DNA of 63,616 bases, filler included, from Octopus bimaculoides (GCF_001194135.2; 8 parts of 8 records of this genome joined end to end with filler, not necessarily neighbours in it); one strand, 5' to 3'; numbered from the whole stretch's first letter, positions 12,709 through 24,743 are shown. Translations and numbers: made by a program. The notes: generated from the sequence alone by a model not told the origin.

Positions 12709-13389
12709 GTTATGTCCGTTTACTCCAATCCAAACCTTCTCTTCTCCATCCCGCCCTCTCCTGCCAAACTCTAATTTTTAATCTCGAATGTGATGTATGT
12801 AAGAATCGAAGGTTGCGTTCTTCATCCAGTATAGCCTACTCCACTACTCTCAGACACATTTCTCTCTCCCACTCCACTCACCTCTCATTCCGACACATCT
12901 CTGCCCCCACAGCGCTCTCTTTCTAACATACAAAGGTTACATTTGTCTAATATCTAATATATCTATTATTGATAAAGCACTGGACATAGCTATTGATATG
13001 CTTAACAAGTAGAATGTAAAACTTACACAGTCTTTACGAAAAGTACTCTCCCATTCCAGTAGAGCTCTTCTCTAAGAAAAACAAATAAGAACGAATTAAA
13101 CTGCTTCATTGCAACTGAAATTGTTCTCATAATGTTTTTCTTTGTTTTTGTCTGAATATAGAAATGAAGGGATTTTTGAGAAGATGAGAAATACGGCATG
13201 TATTTACACACGCGCGCGCACCAGTGTATGAATGTACAGATGCAGAATCCGATGTATGCATTCATTCAATGATTTATACATTTGTAATGTAAACAAATAT
13301 ACACGTATGCTAAAAATAATCGCGATCAAAGTATTGAACCAGCTAAGCTCAAAATGTTGCACCATTACTAATATTAATTATGCTAACGA

Positions 13390-13711
13390 GGGCGGTGAGC
13401 TGGCAGAATTGTTAGCACTCCGGGCGAAATGCTTAGCGGTATTTTGCCTGCCGCTACGTTCTGAGTTCAAATTCCGCCGAGGTTGACTTTGCCTTTCATC
13501 CTTTCGGGGTCGATAAATTAAGTACCAGTTACGCACTGGGGTCGATATTATCGACTTAATCCCTTTGTCTGTCCTTGTTTGTCCCCTTTGTGTTTAGCCC
13601 CTTGTGGGCAATAAAGAAATAAGAATTGTTAGCACGCTGGGCGAAATGCTTAGCGGCATTTCGTTCGTCTTTACGTTCTGAGTTCAAATTCCTTCGGGGT
13701 CAACTTTGCCT
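13390..13711 (+). mobile_element. Two tandem SINE family A copies
   Basis: GGCAGAATTGTTAGCACTCCGGGCGAAATGCTTAGCGG..GAGTTCAAATTCCGCCGAGG; the second head starts near 13624 and runs into a gap. Confidence 0.9.
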
Positions 13712-14859
13712 NNNNNNNNNNNNNNNNNNNNNNNNNNNNNNNNNNNNNNNNNNNNNNNNNNNNNNNNNNNNNNNNNNNNNNNNNNNNNNNNNNNNNNNNN
13801 NNNNNNNNNNNNNNNNNNNNNNNNNNNNNNNNNNNNNNNNNNNNNNNNNNNNNNNNNNNNNNNNNNNNNNNNNNNNNNNNNNNNNNNNNNNNNNNNNNNN
13901 NNNNNNNNNNNNNNNNNNNNNNNNNNNNNNNNNNNNNNNNNNATGTGAAACCTATATTGATTTCAGATTTTGGCTCAAGGTCAGCAATATCAGTAAGTCG
14001 ATTACATAAACCCCGGTGCACAACTGGTACTTATTTTTATCGATCACGAAAGGACGAAAGGCAAAGTCGACTACATTGACAAGGTTCTAACAAATCTTAA
14101 TATGCTGTAATACAGCTTTATTTTTGTAACGGTATGAAATGCCTATGGCAGGACTCGAGTGACTGAAATACAATGGCTGCCGTCTCATCTGAGTTGGAAT
14201 TTCTGAAAACGAGTACGTACACACGCACGCACGCACACGCACACAACAAAAGAGAATACACACACACACACACGCACACATTATGTGTGTGTGTGTCGCG
14301 CTTAATTTTAAATATTCATCAGTCAATTGTTTTACGAATACTATAAATTATATAAATGGTTTATCTCTAACCAGATTATGCCTTCAATTTCGTTTCGTAA
14401 TTTATCAGTCTGTTGTCTAACGAACACTGTAAATGTTATGTACAAAACAGGTTGTTTCTTTGATTTCGTTCCATAGATAACGCGTTTCATATATAGACTG
14501 TGGGGAAAATAGGGTAATAGAAGGCAGAGAAGAAAGAAAATGGAAAAAGGAGAGAGTAACAAGGAAAAGTGCAAAGAAGATCTAAGGAGAAAGAGATGGC
14601 CAAATAAAAATAACAGAAGGAAAGAAACAAACAAAAAAGAAAAATGGAAAGAAAACAGGAAATAAAGGAACATGGCAAAAGTAAGAAGAAACGAAAAGGA
14701 AAGAAAGAAGATAGTAAATAAGCAATGGAGGATAAATTTTAGGCAAGACACCAATGGACAAGAAATGAACTCAAGCTACAAGAAAGCACTGGTTGAGAGA
14801 AGGAAAGAGGTTAGGAAAGATTGAAAGAAAGAGGCTAGAAGGATTAACTGAGAATAATA

Positions 14860-15013
14860 AACTAATAACAGAAACATTATTTACATTTGATGGATATTTG
14901 TTCTCATCTTGTTTGTTTTTAATACAACGTTTCGGCTGATATATCCTCCAGCCTTCATCAGGTGTCTTGGGGAAGTTTCGAACCTGGGTTCTCATTCCTA
15001 AGGTATTTTTCGA

Positions 15014-15060
<47 letters not shown>
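14860..15060 (-). mobile_element. Penelope-like terminal repeat carrying a minimal hammerhead (14921-14966)
   Basis: Minus strand GACAC CTGATGA A GGCTG GAGGATATAT CAGCC GAA ACGT T GTATT: core, 5-bp stem II, palindromic ACGT stem III, stem I with one mismatch; preceded by (CAA)n. Confidence 0.7.
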
Positions 15061-15061
<1 letters not shown>

Positions 15062-15103
15062 NNNNNNNNNNACCTGGGTTCTCATTCCTAAGGTATTTTT
15101 CGA

Positions 15104-15161
<58 letters not shown>

Positions 15162-15849
15162 CTTCTTCTTCTTCTTCTTCTTCTTCTTCTTCTTCTTCTT
15201 CTTCTTCTTCTTCTTCTTCTTCTCAAGATTTGTGAAATGAATGTAAGACCAGAAGTGCAGAAATGAATGAAAAAATGAGTGCTGAGGTCAATAAAAGTCT
15301 GAGTGAGGAGAAATGAATGAGTGTAGTAATGAATGAGCGACAGGATGCTTAGAAAGAAATCAAAAACTGAGCGAATGAGTGTGCGAAAATAAATTCAATT
15401 AAGGAAGTGATAGAAACGAGGGTAGAAGTGAATGAAAAAATGAGAGACAACGATGAATGAAACGAAGTAATGAAGAAAGAAAAGCTGCCTCAGAAAAACA
15501 AAAAGAAACGTATTTGTTAATTAATCAATAATATTTAATTTCCTTGTCAACCACCATTTCTAATTCTTAAAGGCGTGAAAAGCAAATAAACGGACTACGG
15601 ATAGATTGCAGTGTTTACTTTGCTGGTTTATTTATGAATGTGTATGTATGCGGTTGAATGTATGTGAATGTGTGTGTGTGAATGTGAAAGAGAGAGAGAA
15701 GGAGAGAAAGAGACACAGAGAGAAAGAGAGTGAATGAGAGAGAGGTAGTGTGTGTGTTTCAAAGTTTCATTCTAGAAACAAGAACACTAATATAAATGAA
15801 ATGGCCAACAGCAGCAATAAAAACTATTGTGGACATAGCAAGAGTTCTG

Positions 15850-16045
15850 ACAACAACGACGACGATAACAACAACAACAACAACAACGTCATCATCATTA
15901 TCATCATCATTATCATCATCATCATCATCAAAGCTTTCGTATTCGTCATCATCATCATCTACAACAGCAAGAATGCATCAGTAACAGTGATAAAATCAAG
16001 AACAGCAGCAACAGCAAGCGCAGCAGCAGCAGCAACAGCAGCAGC

Positions 16046-16089
<44 letters not shown>

Positions 16090-16092
16090 CTA
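15850..16092. repeat. Compound (CAA)/(CAT)/(CAG) triplet repeats
   Basis: Directly visible; the poly-Q frame is interrupted by stops. Confidence 0.9.
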
Positions 16093-17113
16093 CATGAATC
16101 ACTGAAACAATCAAAGCAGCAATAAGTGCAGAAGCAATACGATACAGCGTCAACGGCTTCGGATTAAAAATTAAAAGAAAAATATATATACATAAACTCA
16201 TGTATTCAGTCCTGATTCTCTTATTAGTTTTACAAGACCTGTACGTGCATATCCACACACCAGACCTGTANNNNNNNNNNNNNNNNNNNNNNNNNNNNNN
16301 NNNNNNNNNNNNNNNNNNNNNNNNNNNNNNNNNNNNNNNNNNNNNNNNNNNNNNNNNNNNNNNNNNNNNNNNNNNNNNNNNNNNNNNNNNNNNNNNNNNN
16401 NNNNNNNNNNNNNNNNNNNNNNNNNNNNNNNNNNNNNNNNNNNNNNNNNNNNNNNNNNNNNNNNNNNNNNNNNNNNNNNNNNNNNNNNNNNNNNNNNNNN
16501 NNNNNNNNNNNNNNNNNNNNNNNNNNNNNNNNNNNNNNNNNNNNNNNNNNNNNNNNNNNNNNNNNNNNNNNNNNNNNNNNNNNNNNNNNNNNNNNNNNNN
16601 NNNNNNNNNNNNNNNNNNNNNNNNNNNNNNNNNNNNNNNNNNNNNNNNNNNNNNNNNNNNNNNNNNNNNNNNNNNNNNNNNNNNNNNNNNNNNNNNNNNN
16701 NNNNNNNNNNNNNNNNNNNNNNNNNNNNNNNNNNNNNNNNNNNNNNNNNNNNNNNNNNNNNNNNNNNNNNNNNNNNNNNNNNNNNNNNNNNNNNNNNNNN
16801 NNNNNNNNNNNNNNNNNNNNNNNNNNNNNNNNNNNNNNNNNNNNNNNNNNNNNNNNNNNNNNNNNNNNNNNNNNNNNNNNNNNNNNNNNNNNNNNNNNNN
16901 NNNNNNNNNNNNNNNNNNNNNNNNNNNNNNNNNNNNNNNNNNNNNNNNNNNNNNNNNNNNNNNNNNNNNNNNNNNNNNNNNNNNNNNNNNNNNNNNNNNN
17001 NNNNNNNNNNNNNNNNNNNNNNNNNNNNNNNNNNNNNNNNNNNNNNNNNNNNNNNNNNNNNNNNNNNNNNNNNNNNNNNNNNNNNNNNNNNNNNNNNNNN
17101 NNNNNNNNNNNNN

Positions 17114-17162
<49 letters not shown>

Positions 17163-17654
17163 AAATGAGTAACGTCACCTACCTTGGAATCTGCACTTCG
17201 GAAATGCTATAGAAAGTATCTTTATATAAAGTACATGTCTGAACTACCAAGAGTGGATCTCTCCACTTAGCTGGGTTGCGTTATCTGCACACACGGCAGG
17301 AATATCAGGTGCAAACACTCCTGCACAGAATCTTGATATTCAATATTCAAATAATATTGTTTGGGTGTGCTGTTTATACTGACACAACAAGGTGCCTCAA
17401 TTTAAGTACCTAATTCAACGGAATCTATATATATATATATGATATGTATTGGTATCCAGAAGACTCAAGATAGCAGGTAAGGCTATGTAAGTGTTACGGG
17501 AGGGCCGTAGTTAGATTCTCGGTGAGGAGTCTAATACGGGTCTTGTGTGAGCATGTTTATGTTAAATAAAATGAAACAACAAAGCCAAGACTGTGTGGAA
17601 TTTATAGGAATTCATGAAAAGAAAGGTAGTCTTACCACTGTTTCTGGGATATTA

Positions 17655-17900
17655 GGGATATCCCTTCATCAGCTGTGAGGGGAAATCGTGTCTGCCAAAT
17701 TTGTGCCAAAAGTATTTTCAGCTGACCAAGGAGACACTCGGGTTTCAGTTGCACTAGATCTCCTTGATTGTATCGAAAACGATGAAAAATTTTTGAAAAC
17801 TTTGCGTAGACCTCTGAGCAGGTGTCACCAAGCATTTGGCAAAATTTGATGCAGATTCTCTACTCAACTTTCTCTGTCATTGCCAATGCGACGGTCACAT
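17655..17900. mobile_element. Rearranged mariner (DD34D-type) transposase remnant
   Basis: Plus strand reads IVSAKFVPKVFSADQGDTRVSVALDLLDCIENDEKFLKTL (about 17690-17805). Minus strand from ATG 17880 reads MTEKVE*RICIKFCQMLGDTCSEVYAK, a mariner N-terminus. Confidence 0.75.
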
Positions 17901-19444
17901 ATATATAATTCAACTATTCTTAAGGCCGCAATTTACTCATAGGCAGCATCTTTCAAAGCTTGTCGCTAATTCAGTTCTTAACCAAATTGAAAACTGTTAA
18001 TATTTTTGAGGAGGACTGATCCCTATCAACATTTTGACATATAAAATTGAGATTTGGCCCAGTAGAAAAAGTTGACATCAAAATTTGTAGCAATATCATA
18101 GGAGAGTAAGTAACGCCTCCAGTCAAGTGTAGATCTAAATAACTTTTTATTTTAAAAGCAAAATATATTTATCTTAGCTTCAGTGATAGAAGAAAGCATG
18201 AAGAATTTCGTAGTTTTGGTCCCATGCAACATAAATTTGTATAAAAAGTTGTGAGGTAAAATATGGAAAAAAATATAAGCAAGGCAAAAAATTGGATTTA
18301 ACTATAATTAAATTTCTTTATTTTAAAAACAAACTATATTTTAATTAAGCTTAAATTATAGAGCTCAAGTCAAGGAATTTCATGGTATTAATCTCATGCA
18401 ATGAAATTTTAAAAGAAAAATGTTATGAGTGTTTGTTTCTCAAATTTGCCGGTGATAATATAAGTCCATACTTTTTTTATGAATATAGTTCTATAAGGGG
18501 ACTTTTAATATATGTCTCTGGCGTCATTGAGGTAAGGAAAAAATTATCAACGACACCGTTTATTTTCAATTAGTTTAATTACGTTATCTGTATCAAAAAT
18601 TTAAATATTATTTAGAAATCTATTAAATTTATTATTCAATTTTCAATAAGGTAAAATCTTAAATTATTAATTGGTAATTATTAATTAGCATAATAGAATA
18701 GCCTGGAAAAAAACATGGATTACATGGAAAAATGCAAGCAAGAGAAATAATATTCTTAAGATTATAAACCTGGAAAAGTTATTACACATGGAAAAGTTCA
18801 GGACAACTTATTACATTTGGTAAAGTATAGAAGAAGAAAAGTTATACTTAAAATATTGCATCTAAGTATAAAATTTGAATATTAAAGAATATTTGATTTT
18901 AATTTGCTAAGTAACACTATAATTAAAAAAGGTACCATCATTTTGTTAAAATATTGACACACTAGAATACTTAAAAAATGAGAGCTAGAAGTATCAATAT
19001 AGCTAAAATTTTATGCGAAATAGAATAGTATATATGGTAGGCAAACTCAATATGTAAAATATAGGCATAGGCTCAAGACTAAAAATGTGAAGACTTGGCA
19101 TTCCCTTAGGCAATATTTCAAGCGAATTTCACTGTGGATTTGTCGTGATAGGTAAATTTTATTGTAATATGTAACTAATTTTTGCATTATTCTATTTACT
19201 GTGCTAACTAATTATGTACTACTATTATTTTTATGACCTATTTTCAAATTTCTAATTATTAATTAATAATTAAAAGAATTAATTTTGTGAAAGTGCAAAA
19301 AATACTTTAATTGAGTTATTTTTAATTTTTAATAGAAGTATCAAGTAATATCAAATAGAAATAATAACTTGTAATAAAATTTTTAGTTTTAATAAAAGCT
19401 AATATTTTCTAAATTTGAATATTTTATTTAAAATNNNNNNNNNN

Positions 19445-20363
19445 TCATGCGTGATGCTAGTCGTCAGCCATTTTTTATTTGAATAACAGAAGTTGGTTGT
19501 TATTACCGTAAAATGGGCTGCGATTGGTAGAGGAAGGTCATACGGTGTCGTGGTTTGATGTTGGAATATGGGTAAAAGTTTGTTGGAATATACCGCATGG
19601 TGAACAGGAAATTGACCACGTGGAGGAAGAAAATAGACCATGTGGTGATTAGGAAATAGGTCACGTTGTTAGGTGGGGAAGTAGGAAGGGGCGGCATGTG
19701 CAAATATATCGTTCTATATGTGGGTGTGTAGACGTGATCATATGGTTTTGCATGCATGTATGTATTGATACGAGCGTACGCATCTGTACATGGGCGAGAA
19801 CGCGCACGTCTGCACACACACATACACACACACACACACGCACGCTTGCGAATATACATATGCATGCAAGTATACATATGTAGATATGAATGCATGCGTG
19901 TATGTGTGTGCATGTATGCGTATGCACATCTATGCGTGTGCGTATGCGCGCGTGTGTGTTCGTTCAAGCATGTGTGTGTATGTATGTGTGCAGACGTGCG
20001 CGTGCACGCCCATGTACAGATGTGCAGGCTCCCATCAATACACACATGCACGCAAAACCATATGAGCATGTGTACACACCCACATATAGAACTATATACA
20101 TGCACATGCCGCCCCTTCCTACTTCACCAACCCCCCAAAAATCTGACCGATTTTTAAATTGCCACGTGGTCTATTTCCTGTCCTTCATGTAGTCAATTTC
20201 CTGTTCACTATGTGGTATTTTCCAGCCAACTGTTACCCATATACCAGCATGAAACCACGCCACCCTGTGACCTTCCTCGACCAATCGCAGCCAACCTAAC
20301 GGTAATGGCAATTAGCTTCTGTCATTCAAATTCAAAATGGCTGACGACTAGCATCACACTTGA
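19445..20363. mobile_element. Foldback / long-TIR non-autonomous DNA element (~920 bp)
   Basis: Left end TCATGCGTGATGCTAGTCGTCAGCCATTTT and right end AAAATGGCTGACGACTAGCATCACACTTGA. The arms stay complementary for about 380 bp (e.g. GAACAGGAAATTGAC/GTCAATTTCCTGTTC, GAAGTAGGAAGGGGCGGCATGTGCA/TGCACATGCCGCCCCTTCCTACTTC) around a CA/TG-rich centre. The left flank is an N gap, so a TSD cannot be scored. Confidence 0.85.
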
Positions 20364-20966
20364 AACTCAAGAGTACCAACGATTTTGAACCAAACTCTTT
20401 TGATCCATATATATATATATATATAATATCAAGTATGTTATAGAAAGTATGGGCTATTTACGGAGTATGGGCTATTGCGAAATAATACAAAGTAGAGGAA
20501 AATATAAACGCAAATCCTAGGTAGTCAACTAAAATCCCCGAATNNNNNNNNNNNNNNNNNNNNNNNNNNNNNNNNNNNNNNNNNNNNNNNNNNNNNNNNN
20601 NNNNNNNNNNNNNNNNNNNNNNNNNNNNNNNNNNNNNNNNNNNNNNNNNNNNNNNNNNNNNNNNNNNNNNNNNNNNNNNNNNNNNNNNNNNNNNNNNNNN
20701 NNNNNNNNNNNNNNNNNNNNNNNNNNNNNNNNNNNNNNNNNNNNNNNNNNNNNNNNNNNNNNNNNNNNNNNNNNNNNNNNNNNNNNNNNNNNNNNNNNNN
20801 NNNNNNNNNNNNNNNNNNNNNNNNNNNNNNNNNNNNNNNNNNNNNNNNNNNNNNNNNNNNNNNNNNNNNNNNNNNNNNNNNNNNNNNNNNNNNNNNNNNN
20901 NNNNNNNNNNNNNNNNNNNNNNNNNNNNNNNNNNNNNNNNNNNNNNNNNNNNNNAATTTTTTTTTA

Positions 20967-21001
<35 letters not shown>

Positions 21002-21309
21002 ATATATGATATATATATATGGATAAGAGAAATGAAAAATGGAGACAAATATACAGGATGTTATTTAAATAATTTTGTGCGTTTATCACCGTTTTCCATT
21101 TCTCTTATGTTCTTCAAAACACGCCTCACTTTTCCTTGGAATTGTTACCCATGTATGTAATAGCTAGTAAAATCTCAAGAAGAGATCAGAGTAATAACTA
21201 TACCAAGAAGTAAAGTTAATCGCCACATCGAAGTGGCTGTTCCATGTTACTACTAGTTTAACATGCAATTTTTGCGTGGGACAAAGCATATGTGTGTGCT
21301 AACAAGCTT

Positions 21310-21620
21310 GCATCTATACCACACATTTATAGGTTCAGTTCCACTATGTGACACCTTGGGCAAGTGTCTTCTCTTGTAGCCTCGGGCTGACCAAAGCCCC
21401 GTGAGTGGATTTGGTAGACGGAAACTGAAAGAAGCCCGTCACGTATATGTGTGTGTGTATTACTTTGTGTCTGTGTCTGCCCTCTTCACCGCTTGACAAC
21501 CGATGCTGGTGTGTTTACGTCCCTGTAACTTAGCGGTGCGGCAAGAGAGCCCTGGGATCGATTCATTCGACTAAAAATTCAAGACGATGCCCAGCATAAC
21601 CGCATTCTAATAACTGAAAC
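21310..21620 (+). mobile_element. SINE family B, near complete
   Basis: GGTTCAGTTCCA head, ACCTTGGGCAAGTGTCTT central block, internal TA/TG tract, GTAACTTAGCGG tail. Confidence 0.88.
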
Positions 21621-21690
21621 AATATATATACATATATATATATATANNNNNNNNNNNNNNNNNNNNNNNNNNNNNNNNNNNNNNNNNNNN

Positions 21691-21702
21691 TTAATTAATT
21701 AA
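21691..21702. other. Assembly gap linker TTAATTAATTAA (artefact)
   Basis: The identical 12-mer is embedded in N runs at 21691, 27056, 43994, 50634, 54573, 59821 and 62480; it gives stops in all six frames. Confidence 0.95.
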
Positions 21703-22110
21703 NNNNNNNNNNNNNNNNNNNNNNNNNNNNNNNNNNNNNNNNNNNNATATATATATATATATGTATGTATATGTATATTATATAGTATATATAGTATATA
21801 TAGTATAATATACGTATTGCGCATATTCGTTCATGTAATGTTGTATGAATGCAGCCGTCATCCACCGTGGTATACAAATATTTTAAAATGACAAACGAAT
21901 CTAAAATGAACCATGAAAGAAGGAAATCTATCATATTAGCATTTGTGATTGATGATATATTGTTTATTAGTCTTTAATCAATGATAGACGAGATCTATTT
22001 AATCATCCCCAGTGAGTAAACAAATCCATTGTGTCCCATTTACAGTTTGACAACCATAAACACTGGATCTTTGCATTATTATGTGTAAATGTTATGATTT
22101 TATATCGAGT

Positions 22111-23079
22111 TTATCACACTGCAGTTTCTGTGTAGCTTATCACATATTTTATGGTAAACATGTGATTTATCACATGAGAAATGGTAAGCGTGTATGCTTA
22201 TTTATCGCAATATCATTGAATTTATCCCAGTAGTATTTGCGGATAATGTAATCCGATTTAACATTCTGTGATTTGTAAGTATTCTGATTTGGATTACCAT
22301 AGAGCTGTTTCTATGGAATTATTTATTGTTAATTCTTCAAGAGATCGACAGCGATAATATATCATTGATCATGGTTCTATTTCGATGTGAAAGATCTGGT
22401 TTATCACACTGCACACTGAGAATACAATTCGAATGAGTTAGTCTCCGTGTTTAGACATTTCTTATTTAACATTGTAAGGTTTAGTACGTGTTTCATTTAT
22501 ATGGAGACTGTGAGTCGAGCAACGGCAGTGTCCCTCCATCCTTTCGGGGCCTCCGTCATTGGTGGGGTAAAGAGATCAGTTGTACTCGAACAAGGATCGT
22601 GGACGGAATGCTCCTGACTGAATGGACACTGCTAACAGCACTCACAGGTCAGATGGTGGCGTTAAACCTGACGATTGAGTTTATGATCGAAGGTTTACTT
22701 TGAAACACAACGGCATATAGAGAAAAGCAACGAGACTGCGTAACGATTATACATTTCTGAAAGTAATTAATGGTTGGAATAAAATAAATTAGCTTCAACA
22801 AGGAATCGATATTTGGTACGTTACACGGCTCGTCGGGTGGTGGTCTCTGATCGGCGTTCATATCATTGTGTGGTTTATCAATTGATTAATAGCACAAGTA
22901 AAATACGACTTTTCACACCAATGAATTTCATTGGCAAAAATCTCGTTTATCACACGTCTGTTTATCACATTGCCGTTTATCAGTTAGTTATGAAATATAA
23001 GTTAACATTACCGTTTATCAGTTATGAGATATAAGTTATCACATGTTAAGTGATATGCAGCTGGATTTAGTTTTATCAC
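22111..23079 (+). promoter_or_regulatory. Strand-biased cluster of TTATCA (GATA-type) motifs
   Basis: TTATCA at 22111, 22137, 22167, 22401, 22875, 22947, 22962, 22977, 23015, 23036 and 23073; I saw no plus-strand TGATAA in the interval. The motif is observed, the function is inferred. Confidence 0.55.
22508..22696 (+). ncRNA. Unidentified structured RNA candidate
   Basis: Nested stems: CTGTGAGT 22508-15/ACTCACAG 22640-47; GGCAGTGTCC 22524-33/GGACACTGCT 22624-33; GGGGC/GCTCC; TCCGTC/GACGGA; GATC/GATC; TTGT/ACAA. A second hairpin is AAACCT..CGAT..ATCG..AGGTTT (22664-22696). G-U pairs favour the plus strand. Confidence 0.45.
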
Positions 23080-23489
23080 ACCAGGGGGTTCCCTGTTGTG
23101 AAATATGATAAGAATAATGAAAATCTTATTGGTAAACGATTAAATATTATTTGACGTGGTGAGAAGTGAAATTTAGCTTCGCATATTTTAGTTGGTGCTT
23201 ACTGAAATCTAATGTAGCACGCAAGTATTTGTGAGAGATGATGAAATCTAGTTCATCACGGAACTGTGGATGAGAGGCAGAACTTCATCACCTAAAGATA
23301 AGTTATATGTGTATCGTATCCGCTACTCATAATTTTCTTAGACATTCTCTGGAACAATACTTTGTGAAAAACCAAATATATGACACCCTAGGCATAACAC
23401 CAACATCAACTTCTAATTTGTTGTCTCTTGAAGTCTCTGGATGAGACTTGGAGTCAACTTGTACAAATACAAAGCAAAGGTCAAACATA

Positions 23490-23521
23490 TAATAATAATA
23501 ATAGCAATAATAATCATAATC

Positions 23522-23572
<51 letters not shown>
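23490..23572. repeat. (AAT)n microsatellite
   Basis: Directly visible. Confidence 0.97.
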
Positions 23573-23865
23573 GTTTAAACAGAGGTAGCCATTGTCCAGT
23601 ATATGTACATGTTGTTATAAACGGACATCGGTAAATATCCGGTCTGAGAGTATCTGTAGACTTCTTCTAACTCAGACTGACTCATATTAAACAAAACTTT
23701 AGCATAACTCGTTGAGTGCGCAGAAGATGTATCAGAAATCAACTAAATACAGAGAAATAACTCTGAAATCAATTGGATCAACAGGTTTCATTTAATATCG
23801 CAACTGATACACCCAACATTCCCAGCATTGCATAAATACGTTAAGCATTCCTTTACTTCGTTATA

Positions 23866-23986
<121 letters not shown>

Positions 23987-24191
23987 AATTAACAACAACA
24001 GCGACAAAACACTAAACAGGATAAACAAAGCGTTACCAATAAAGAAACGTTTATAAGCTGCTATACACAATAATTTTATATACACAACTATATGTAGTGT
24101 GTGTGTGTGAGTGCGTGTGTGTGCGAGAGAGAGTGTGTGTTTATGCACGTGTGTATGTTACACATACACCTACGCACACACAAACACATAA

Positions 24192-24223
<32 letters not shown>

Positions 24224-24270
24224 GCACACGCAATGAACATGTATGTGCGCGTGTATGCATGCATGTATGC

Positions 24271-24315
<45 letters not shown>

Positions 24316-24743
24316 CGGCTCTACACAAGTGATCTGTAACAGATTTAATCCAATAAGTAAGTTGGTTTGTTTTAGTCAGTTAATCGGTATTAACGCTGCC
24401 AAATTGATTTGTTTTGAGATGCAAAGCCAGAGTTTCACACATCAATGCAACTAGACGAAAGCAATGTCAATTCAATAATCACTGTTACAATGGAAACCAT
24501 AGCACTGTTAAAGTGTTAGTTCTATAACTGAATCTAGAAGGAGACCGACAGACAGACAAACAGACAGATAGACAAAGACAGAAAGGGAGGCACAGTGAGA
24601 TCTAGGGTGTGATGAAGGGCGAACAGAGACGCCTACCATCTTCATTCCTTTGTCAGCCAATGACAAACTCGCTCGATCGAAACGTAATGAAACCTCTTCC
24701 TGCACAACCAAACTGCTTGAAATAGCAGATACATATCCCTCAT

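Noticed and set aside
15040-15160. Direct duplications flanking short gaps (also 25068/25179, 50690-50880, 60565-60670)
   Set aside because: Identical sequence on either side of an N gap is typical of unmerged contig overlaps; these cannot be called real tandem repeats.
15750-16170. Poly-Q/poly-T coding exon
   Set aside because: The Q frame has several stops, and the open frame is made of triplet repeats with no splice support.
17183-17330. Minus-strand exon ending at AAG|GTAGGT (17183)
   Set aside because: The donor is good, but all frames close; it might be a UTR exon, yet such donors occur by chance many times in 63 kb.
22435-22700. Identification as telomerase RNA, 7SK, U4atac/U6atac, RNase P/MRP or SRP
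   Set aside because: Only short partial matches; the template, Sm site, bulged-U GAUC context, CR-I and helix-8 motifs are absent.
22668-22705. CTGACGA...GAA as a hammerhead in the structured core
   Set aside because: It is followed by GAAG rather than GAAA, and no stem II closes on the core.
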